Both the position numbers and the translations under genes were made by a program. The notes under the pieces were generated by a model. It did no database searches. It saw nothing but the letters and a program-made list of their open reading frames with translations, and had not been told where the DNA came from. From positions 4,646,587-4,710,586 of the forward strand of contig CM120648.1 in the NCBI GenBank assembly GCA_051362555.1: 64,000 nt of DNA, in the 5' to 3' direction. Positions 14,201 to 25,196 of the stretch are shown piece after piece. Each line of letters starts with the position of its first letter. Position 1 is the first letter of the stretch. Source of the stretch: Lingula anatina. Its lineage: Eukaryota > Animalia > Brachiopoda.

Positions 14201-16207
14201 GGGCACTTGGTCAGTTCATAGCATGACCAGGCAGTGCTAGGACTATGGTAGGTAGAGGAGGGATATATGGGGTTTCAAATAGTTATTGAGTATAGTGTGT
14301 GTGAGTGATATACAGAGAGAGGAGGAAGGAACAGAGAGGTAGAAATCCCACCAGAAACCTTGCTGTGATGTAGATATTTTAAATTAATTTGTTTCGTATT
14401 TTAGAAAAGAACGGGTAAAAGTACAGACCTCTGTATTGTAACCTATAATGCCTTTTGAGGTGTTGGATACAATGTGAGATGAAAAAAAATCTGATATCAT
14501 AATTTCTCATAAAAGTTTATGAATATGAAGGGTGTTATCAAGATAACAAAGGAGACACATCTTTGAATGGCATCTGTGGCACAAACTTTCACCAAGCCTA
14601 ATCGCTATTATCTAACAACATCATGCAATTGATGAAGTCATCTGCAACTATTTTAAGAGCAAAAATCTGTCACATGCATGGTCACCATGGTAACCAACTT
14701 GCATGACCTTAAAAGTATCTGGGGGAAAAACAGATGTTATGGAAAGGGAAGGAATTTGACTTCGAGAGAGCGTTCTCTTGAAGATGATTGGTTCTTTGTT
14801 CTCCCTTACAGTATATTAATGGATTATCAATGCAAAACCTGGTATTTATAGAAATGAATTTAATTATTTGGAAGGGTGGAGCCTATGAAAAGCCGTTAAA
14901 TGTCCACAAGTCATGTAATGCTTGCAGGTTATTATTGAAGATGACACATTTTTATTGGCCTTTCAATTTGTCATCTTAACCCTTACAAAGCAGCTTTAAT
15001 TAGCTGAATGAGGTTTTGTTACAAGATGGTGTCTCATGTCACACAAGTTGGAAGGCAATACATGATGCACGGACATCAGCATTAGTATAATAATATAAAT
15101 TCTACTTGTGACATTCTGATTGTCACTGAGATATGAACCTATCAGGTGTAAAGAGAGAGTTAGGAATAGTACATGACATAAAGCACATGCTCTTGTCATG
15201 TTAATTCTCAATTTTCCATTGATTAATACAGAGAAAACAAGTAGCAGGATGCGGATGCTGTCATTGTTCTGAGGATGTGTGACTTTTAAGACATCTTTCT
15301 GCTGCAATATGCAGATAAAGCAAATTAGTAAGATGAATGGTGTCATTACACTGTGACAAACATGTGACCAGCACATTTTAAGCTGGGATTGTTGGCAGAG
15401 ACACTGGTAAAAAAAAATGTGAAGCAGTTGCTTGGACAGGTGACTGAACCGTTGGTGCCCTTTACACGACTGCACCGGGAGTGGTCAAGACTGACCTTAA
15501 CTGGTGGTCACTTGGCTGCTGTCTTTGGTTGTGTGAGGACGGGTGGAGGTGATAGAATGTCATGGGGGGCATTTGGTTGTCTGCTTGCCACAGTAAGGAG
15601 TGGTGATCCGAGGTGGTTGCTCTACAATTATTGTCTGTGTTGCTTGAGTACCACCTATGTTTCCCTCGGCATATATTTTATTTAGTCTAAAAAAGCTCAA
15701 ACATTTCAACAAGTCAAAATTTCAGGCAAAGTGGTACAGGGACAATATTTTCATTATATTTTTCACTTCATTAAGACTAGTGAATTTTCCTGTGCTTTTC
15801 TTGAACTTGCGGAGAGCCTAGCATAAACCGATTTAAGACTTGTGCAATGTTGTGGACATTGGAGGCAATTTGGTTTAGACTGACTACTTTCTGTAAGGAC
15901 TAAATCATCTACATAGTACCTGAAAATAGCAGGTCTTGCTGTAAATTCATGGCTGGGTGGTTAAGAACAATTTGACCAATGCCTTGCAAAAACACAGCCC
16001 AAAACACATGTTTAGAGTGGACAAGGGTCAAATAAGTTGACAAAAGAGAGAGCGGAAAAAGTTGCCATTTCTGGACTGACCATTGCTGATTGAGTGACTG
16101 AGGTTCCATAATGATAAAGAGCGTGTGTCGTCGTGTGACCCATGAGGTGAAACACAGTTCCTCATTCTATACCAGTAACCCCATGCTGTATGTCTCTCAT
16201 TATTCAG

Positions 16208-19200
16208 AAACAATCACAGTCACTGCTGGGAATGACGACAACAGTAACATTGAAATGCTGATGAAACAACTGACGAGCCAGCGCGAACTGGTGGAGAAAC
16301 TCGACTCAGAGCCTCTCTTTGAGTACCTTATTCAAAATGGCGTCCTTGAGAAAGGAGTGGTTGATGAGATAAAGAAGGAGAAAAGTGCAGCCAAGGTGAA
16401 TCTTGCTTTACTCCGACATCTTGAAAATTCCACCCCGAAGGAGTTTGGACTGTTCATGAATGGCTTGCGCCAAACTGGACAGCATGAACTGGCCAACCTG
16501 TTGGATGATGGGAAAAGAATACGGCCTTCTGGGAGCCCAGGTAAGATCTCACACTGTATGACTTTTAATAATATGTGGTCCAGAATCATGGAGGCATTAG
16601 ACTACTTTACCATGGTAGTACTAGTACCTGTATACTAATCCTTTTTGTACATGGTTTACCACATCACTAGTAAGTATTTCTATAAATTAAACAGTGGCCA
16701 AGCATATTTTTTACGTCGGATATAAAACTGAATATTTCAGTGCTGTTGGAAATTGAATACCCATTTGTTTGACCAACAGCATGCAGCCTTCACTAAAAAT
16801 TCATTGAAATATTATCTATCAATGTGGCATGGAAAAGCATTTTTTCCCTGTAAGTTAGAATCCATGTAAGTCTAGCCTGAAGGAAAACCAACTAAAAGTG
16901 ATCTGTCATGGTACCCTAGCTTTGAACTGATAGGCGCTGTGGTGACAGGGCACAGCATAAAGGAAATGCTATATTCTACCATGTTTGAATATAATTCTTC
17001 TAAACAGCATTTGACTGTCCACAGGCTCTACTGAGAACTGGACTAGTACAAATCTTGAACTAACGAATACATTTTTCATTTTAGATTTCATGGGCAAGGG
17101 AAGGCAGAAAGGTAGGCGTTTTCATTTTTAAGGAGAGCGGCTGTTTTTTTTTTTTTTTTTTTTTTTTTGCTGGAGGCAGTTAGGACTGTGTGACATTAGT
17201 GACATGAAGATGCAACAGACTTTAAAAGATACATTAACCTTTGGATTCCTCCGTTGACCCTAATGATATGTTGACATTTTACTGTCATCTTGGGACCATA
17301 TGCCAAGAAGGCGTTTGTTCAATATGGGAATATTGTAATCCAAATGGTTTTTCACACTATATGGTATATATATCTTTTTTTTATGATGGAGCTACCTAAA
17401 TAGTGCTCTCTCTTCTTTCTACCCCCTCCACGACATAGCCAGTAAATTAACTCCTGCCTAAACAGTTGGAAGTGAACTTCACTTTTTTGTTTTGGGGTTA
17501 AGTTCCTTGTAGGATAAAAACATGACCAAAACCTCTCAAATACTTACCTGCATTTATAACTTGCATTTATACTGCCAATTAAGATGTTATGCTCCATGCG
17601 AGAAGGCTTGAAGAAAACAACTGTGTGAAAGAAGCTCATCTTCTTTATTGTACAAAGCACACCCTTACATATAATGTTGTTTTCCTAATGACTGATAACC
17701 TTTAAAGCTGTAGTGCAGATAACTATAAAGACATAGTTACACCTAGTGGTTGTAAAATGACACATATTGAAAGAGAATTATCTGTTAATTCATTGTCTGA
17801 GCTAGTACCATGCCAAGTCATACATTAGTTAAGTGTGTGTCCACGAGAAAACCAGCCCAAATGTAGAAAATGCGGCAAGGTGGGGGTGAACGGATTTACA
17901 TCATATTTGGTGTGTTTGAACCTTTATATGAACAATATCTGAGGCTGCAATATTTCCTGAAAAAAATCCCTACTTACAGAGATATGGCCATGCAGTGACA
18001 ATTTGGGGGTATAATCAACCAAAAATTCTTCTGAAAAACAGGGTTATATTGATTGGCCTTAAAGTTTATACAGGTGTCACTGAATGATTTAGTTTGGTGA
18101 TATATTATAACCTAAAGATAGGGGATTAAAATGATATACACTTTTTTCACTCTCTTTGTTTCCATGGTAACAAACCAAGCGTTTTTCTCCGGCCTACAAA
18201 CCACATGCTTTTAACACCCCCCTTCTATTTTTGACAATATCTTCATCTTCACAGGTCTTTGGGGTAAAGCTTGTTCAGGACTAAGAGATAACTCATTAAT
18301 CTATTTATACATGAAATCAAAACTTACTGCTGTTCTACAACTTGTCCGTTGTAACAGATAGAACATGACCTAATTTCTTCATTTTTCGTCAATCTATCCG
18401 GACATGTATATCGGTGCAATCAACTTCAGCTATCTCTTTCAAGTCAACAAATGGTTTAAAACACTGTTAGTTGAACTTTTTTATTTTCATTTTACCTATT
18501 TATATTTTTTTCTGGTTAAAACAAGCATCTAACACATTTTAAAATCATGTGAAACTAATGTACTAACGTCAGAACAACACAACGTCATTATCCAACATGG
18601 CGGAAATAGCAGACTGTTTCTTTGCACATCTTCCTCAACGAAGTCGTATATCATGTGGTTTATACTCTGTGTACAGATATAAAAAAGCATGTAGTGTATT
18701 GAAAAATTGCAACAGAGATATTAACAGTCATCTTCGTCGCGTTTACGTGGAGCAAAACAGCGTGAGTTACGAAAGCAAACTGATTCTTGTCAGGTGTGGA
18801 TTATTTTGTCTCCGATGATCGCAATTGGACATTTCCAAGTATCTTTGGGAGAATGAATGGGTTACACCATTTGACCAGCACTGGGATATGGGCTTGGTTT
18901 GTGCTGGAAACCATCCACACAGGGAAAAACGAGCCTATAACGAAATATGTCATGGGATTAACTTGCAGATGTCAGTGTAGACAAAAAGCCATTTGAATCT
19001 ACTGGTGCCACTTGGTTCAGGTAAGAAACCGGTGTGTTTTTATTTTAATACAGACTAAAAGCCAGAAAAAAAAAGTTCACTCAGAAAAATGATCTAGAAG
19101 TAATTTTTTAATGGTAAACGGTCCATTTTTAAAAAAGAAAAATGCCCCCTTTCAAATAATGAAATTGCAGCCTAAGGACCTGTGATAATTTTCTTTTAAG

Positions 19201-22200
19201 CTATCTTTGTGTGGTATTTATGTAGGTTTAATGTATTTGGGTAAAATAAATTTAAGGGTAACAATTGGAATTAGATTGAAGCTATGGCTGGTCTTGGCAA
19301 AATTGCTAGGCTCCTCATAATTAATATTCGAAACCATGCCTTACTTATAAAACATGGACAAATGGGATAATAATTTATTTTTCATCAATGTATCAATTAA
19401 CTTTCAGATAAGTGTTTTTATGTGTCTATATTAAGCTATATTTATATTTCAGGCATATTTGAGAAGTGTTATTTGACACACAGTGATCTTATGGTCAGCA
19501 AGAGTCCAAAGCCTTGCAGAAACTGAAACTAGTGTGGAAATGACGGCTGTTGTAGAAAGGCATATGTGTAAATGAAAGCCGGGGCCGTAGCGATAGTCCG
19601 AAGGTTCAATAGTCCGAAGGTTCATTGGTCCGAATGTTCACTATAGAACCTTCGGACCAATGAACCCTTGATTAAAAAATCGATAAAAATGTTACCACTT
19701 TTCGGACCAATGAACCTTCGGACTAATGAACCTTCGGACTATCGAGACGCCCCCTGAAAGCCACAATATAACAAATGCCGAGGAGATGCATGAGGCCCTA
19801 GTTTCTGCAGTTGGAGCCATTTTCTACATCCAGCTAGACAGACATCTTCCAAACCTGCGTGGACTGGAGTGTCCAATTACAACAGTTTAACTTTCTTGAT
19901 TCCTACAACATGAGAAAAGGTGTCTCCCTTCCTTGAGCAGTTTTAACATGAGTGATACTGATGTTAAAGTTAATTTGGATTTTTCTGAGGCAAATGTGCC
20001 AACTGGAACCATACCAAGCAAGATCACAAACAAGGAAATTTTTCTTGTCCAGAGAAGTCTTCTCTGAAATCTTTTGCTACCAAGACTGAAGAGTAATTGT
20101 AAGGTCCTTTTTTTAGACCACAGTTATGAAATGTGCCAAAAAAACAGCTTTTGATCAAATTAAAGTCTAGTGGGCCAACAATCTGACTAAAGAAAAACTT
20201 AAAGCACATCAGCTGTGAGAGAACTCCACCCTCTTGAATATCTCACTGAGTTACACAATGGATGAGCTTTAAAGTCATCTAAACCTTTGAAACTATATTC
20301 AAATAAAGTAAAGGAGTTTTACTGAATGAGTTTAGAAGGGCACAAGAAACAGGCCAGCAGAACCTAGCATTTGTGAGCATGAAGATGAGATTGAAATGTC
20401 AGTAAGGAGGGTTACAGACTAATCAGGAAGAAAAATGTATTAAAAACTTTGATGTTATGAGCTGTAATGTTTGATATAAAACTGCAAAGATGTTTCATAA
20501 CACCAGGATATATTTTGCAGTTGTGTTAGTTTTGCTTTTTGAATAGAAAATTATCTTGTTTTGCTACATTATGATATAGTTTGTAATGATCACAACTAAT
20601 GTTGCACTGCTTTGCATGTATTGCTGTATAACAATTTTGTGATTTTTTTATTATTTGTAATTATTCATCTGAGACAACAATAAACTAAATTGAATAATTT
20701 TTTAGTTACTGTATGCTCATAAATAGTCACCAAAAAGTGGTGTGGATGATTAAAAAAACCTTTTGATAATTAAAAAAGATTTGTTCTGGCTTTGCTCTCA
20801 TAAATACTATGGCATATCCTGATCTCTATATGATAAATATTGCACCAAAAAGAAATCGCTACTAAACTAAGATTTTAATTTGTATTCACCAAATTGATGA
20901 TATTAAAAAAATATATATATATTATATATATTAAAATTATCATGTAAACTCTCAAGTTAATTGCCAGTGCCTATCCAAAGTAACAGAATCTAAGATTTAT
21001 TTCCTCTAAACTTTTTGTCCATACAAATTAAAAAGTCCATATATGGCAATTTACAAATATGAAGCCCAGTGACCTTGACCTATGACCCACTGACCTGATA
21101 ATCATTAGTACACATCCACTTTCCATGCTCACCAGCCCTATTGATTTAGTAACATTATTGTAGAGCAAAATGGTTTAATATATTAATCAAACCCATTGTC
21201 TACATAGACTTGGAATGAATCCACCATGATTTTTTGCCTTAAAAATGGCCAACTTTGGGGGTATTTTTCAGTACCTGTTTTTATACAGCAGTAACTTTTG
21301 AAACTTGATTTGGAGTGATCCATATCTGCCTAAAATATTCATGCAGTTTTATAGCTGTAAACCCTGTGAAGATGGAGATATATGCAATTAAAGATGGTAG
21401 TATCAAAATTGGACTTTGGGGGGAGGGGTGTTATAAATGGGTGTGGCTCGCCCAAGCAGGGTCTTATCTGAATTCTACATATATCTGTGGCAAGCCAAAT
21501 GATTGTTTTTAATGTTTGTAAGGTCTAATATTTTTTAGTTTTCTCCATTTTTGTTTAATTTACACAAAATATATCATTATTTTTCCAAGGTAAAAATGGA
21601 GTCTCAAAGAGGCTACATAAGCCATGACTTATAATAGGCTATAATTCTCTGAAGAAAGGATATTTTGGGGATTCCTTCCTAACTCATGAATAACTTCCTA
21701 ATATGCCTCCATACAACAAATTTGGTTGAAATCCGCTGACCCCCACCTTGCCACCCTGGGCTGGTTCTCTCGTGGACGAGCTCTTAAATGCTCACCAGAT
21801 GTCGCCACACACCTGTTTTGCACACAAAGCAGAGAGTGAATGTTCTGCACAGCTGATGCACATTAGTATTGAAGTCTGGTATTGGGTGTGGGAATAATAG
21901 ATAGTATTAGTTTCACATGCTCACCATTCCTCCTCTCCCAGCTCACTTTTTCTCTTTTTCTCTCTTAAATTAATTTTTTTCCATTCATTTTTGTCACCAA
22001 TAGAGATGAGTTTGACAAAAGATAAATTTGAGTTCTTTATTATTATTATTATTTATTAATTTATTTTTGTATTTTCAGGACAAGTCTCCTTAAAGATATT
22101 GGTTAATGGTGTGAAGATAGACCCCTCCAAAGAACCAGGCTTGTCTTGCAGCAAAAGAGAGTGGCTCCATCTGGAGGACATTAAGCCAGAATCTAAACCT

Positions 22201-22875
22201 TTGCCCAGAACACGTTCCATTGAGCTAATGGAGATTCAGGATATAAGGGAGGATCAAAAAAGTGTCAAGAAGAAAAGTTCAAAGTGCCTATGTTTTTGTT
22301 TTATGCGATCTTTCACCAAGGGAAGCAAGAAGGAGCGAAAGAGAACAGAAAGCTACAGTGCTTATGTGGTTGGCAATGGCAACAACCACAGTGTGCCACC
22401 TGGTGGCCAAAAGGACAAGACTGGCAATGAGGGCAAAAATGGTGCACATCCAGACACTGATGGTGCTATCACTAATGGCAACGGCCAAATAACCAATAGG
22501 AACCAGCCTCCCAAAACTGTCGACCCAGCCTTAAAGAAAGTCTTTGAAAATAAATCTGAATTATTTTACAAAGAAGTTCAAGAGGCTTCCTGTCAGACCC
22601 ATGTGGATTTTGTCAAGTATTTGGAACAGATGAGGGGGATCCTCTTCATGCAAATTAACACTGACAGTGACCTCTCTGTGATTTGCATATGCATGAAGTT
22701 GAGTCAGCTGACCCAGCTGAGACAAGATTGGAGGAATGGTAACCTCTTGAAAGATGTGGAGAGTTGTCTCGTTAATGATACAATCTTACAAGTCATCGGT
22801 GCAAAAGGATTGAAACTCCAAGTAGAACTTCAGGAAGAGGAACTTAATTTTGCTGAGCAGGAACTATCAACGTAA
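16208..22875 (+). CDS. CARD-domain protein with C-terminal TRADD-N-like domain. Exons 16208-16540, 17085-17111 (micro-exon) and 22079-22875; first coding exon uncertain
   Basis: Exon 1 encodes RELVEKLDSEPLFEYLIQNGVLEKGVVDEIKKEKSAAKVNLALLRHLEN...FGLFMNGLRQTGQHELANLL, a CARD pattern. All junctions are GT-AG, phase 1, and join in frame to the 22099-22875 ORF. The C-terminus DLSVICICMKLSQLTQLRQDWRNGNLLKDVESCLVN...GLKLQVELQEEELNFAEQEL resembles invertebrate TRADD-N-like domains (recognised by eye). Confidence 0.8.
17833..21783 (+). mobile_element. Degenerate Sola3-like DNA transposon in the intron before the last exon of the CARD gene
   Basis: TTAA on both sides (17829-17832, 21784-21787). TIRs GTGTGTGTCCACGAGAAAACCAGCCCA / TGGGCTGGTTCTCTCGTGGACGAGCTC, plus shared subterminal GGCAAGGTGGGGGTnAnCGGATTT. 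GAG...CTC termini with a TTAA TSD characterise Sola3. Broken transposase-like remnants inside: ESKLILVRCGLF near 18770, DFSEA near 19978, SCPE near 20043, G*ALK near 20259. Confidence 0.75.
19581..19754. mobile_element. Foldback MITE nested in the Sola3-like element, 8-bp TSD
   Basis: Exact TSD TGAAAGCC (19573-19580, 19755-19762). TIRs GGGGCCGTAGCGATAGTCCGAAGGTTCA / TGAACCTTCGGACTATCGAGACGCCCCC, built from ~16-bp TCCGAAGGTTCATTGG units. Confidence 0.9.
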
Positions 22876-25196
22876 ATATCCCAAAGATGTTGAAATGTGC
22901 ATTGTTGTAGGGAGAATTTCACAAATATTTGGAGCAAATGATTTGCAATTTGAATCCGAACCTTTTTTGTGAATTGAATTGATAATAACTGAATTGTCAC
23001 AAAGAAAGTTTTTCTCTGAGAACAGTCTTAAGTTTTATATTGACAAGGTAGAGATAGAGAAGAATTTGTAGCACTATGAAAAGTGAAAGTAGTAAATAAA
23101 GTGCTTTGATATGGAGTGGCTTTCAGGAAGGCTGATATATACTCAAAACTAAAGTAACATTTTTCTTAAAGAACAGATATACTTATTTCCACAGCTGTCT
23201 GCTATTTCAATGTCTTACGTGATCATCCAGAAACTCTTCTTGTAACTTATAAAAAATACATGAAACAGCAGCTAAAATTCTTTGCTGGCCATTGTGTAAA
23301 ATTTAGATTTCTGACCACAGCATTACTAGTATAAACATGAGTAAAATATTAGCTGTTTTTTTTTACACCGAAGTCATGCTTGTTAAGTATACAATGATAC
23401 TTTGTCAGGGTGTACTATCGTGTTAGTGCATGTTTACGGCTATCTGTTTGAGGCCCACTTACATATCAAGAAAAAATATTTATGGTCACTTTCAGGTAGT
23501 AGAATAGAGTGCTTTCAAATGTGGCTCTGCCATTTTGGAGCAAAGGGTTCTTCATAATAATAAAAATAATAATAATAATGATTGTAGTAATTTGTGTAAT
23601 GTTTTTGGGTTGGTTTTTGGCAAGTTTAGTTTCAAAGTAAGAAGACCAAGGTGTCATTAAATAGTACCATGCAATATTATTAATATTATTTATATTTGTT
23701 TTAATAACTAAGTGTAAATCAACAAACTTCATGTAGAAATAAGTCAAGGAAATATCACGACTGTAGAAAACACAACTGTTAATAAATGTTGCTAATCATA
23801 TAAGGTCATTTAACTAAGTACTAGAATATCTATTGCTGCTGTGTGGATGTCATAACACATGTCACAACTCAGCAGAGAGCATCACTAGCACATAGTAAAA
23901 ACATTTGTTACAATCTTGGCTGTGTGACTGGATTTTGGAAAAGCATTTGATAAAGTAGAATATGGAATGGGTTATTGAAATTTGGGGAACATGTCATGAA
24001 CACCCTCAGCAGTGGTTTCATGTTATCCATGACAGAGGTCATGCTTGGCATGACTGAATTATGATGCAAGATATATATGCAGGCCAAGAGAAGGGAGATC
24101 CTTCAACAAAGATTTTATCACATATATTTAAGGAAAGGCTTGGAAAATGCTTAAGTGATGTGCAAGTGGAGCACATAGTTTAAGAGTTTTGCTTAGTAAG
24201 TTTCATAGTTTCTGAAACCACACATAAACACACTTTTATACATTGCTTTGCTGTGTGGTAAAAGTATTATTTTAGGTTTAACTTATCTATAAGTAATTTT
24301 AAAACAGTATATGTTCAAGTGGTGCTTAGTTATTTATTGCATGGTTTTGTTAAGGACAAACAGTTCAGTTGATGAAATAGGCCACATTAATAGCAGCACT
24401 TTTGCTTGTCAAGAAAGGATGTAGTTGATATTATTTAACACTACTATATGTTCAAGGTGTGCTTAGATATTTATCACATGGTTTTGGTCAAGACCAGCAG
24501 TTGCCTTTGGTCCTCAATTGATACACACCACGTGAATAGATGGCATTGTTGCTTGTCATGAAAAGATGAAGTATACAAGGCAAAAATATTCAAATTTTTA
24601 GCATTTGCTTTGGTAAGTGCCTTAATTTTAAATTGGTCTTATAATTTTAGATATGGCTTGGTTCTGACATGTTTCTTATATTAATCAAAATAGTATGAAA
24701 CTCACAGCTTAGACCGTTGCACTGCAATATCTGATATAGCAGTTCCTCATATTGGTGTTGAATAATATTGATATGACGTCATTCCATATCTAAACAGTAA
24801 CTGGCTTTTACCAAAAGACGTCCTGTTCAATGTGGTTCAAGTTCAACTCAATATTAAAAAACCATTGGAATGGTTGAAAACTATAAGACCTGTATCTGTT
24901 TTTTTTTTTCTGTTTTAATGCTGACAGATCTATATAAATTTAAGATACTAGCATAGTCAGTAATATTAAACTTGATAAAAAACTTCTATATTCCTTTCTA
25001 ACAATCTACTGAATTTTGTGGCAAATATATTTTCTCAACCACAAATGGGCCACAAAAAAAGAAAAGAACCCATTGCTTGTTCTCAAAAACTTGGTGCAGG
25101 TACAAAAATTTGATCTTAATCAAAGCCACTAGTACCAGTAACAATTCATCTATTTCTGATGATCTGAAATTGAAATTCCTACGGAAAGCTACTTAC

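Noticed and set aside
14996-15685. 159-aa and 98-aa ORFs upstream of the CARD exon
   Set aside because: No motifs or convincing splice structure; composition looks non-coding.
19581-19754. Short regularly spaced repeats, superficially CRISPR-like
   Set aside because: Units are adjacent without unique spacers, inverted between the two halves and bounded by a TSD. This is a foldback MITE in a eukaryote.
25030-25163. Possible minus-strand terminal exon after tttcag just beyond the last ABCB exon
   Set aside because: It would need a ~33-nt intron and the peptide has no resemblance to TM12 or NBD2.
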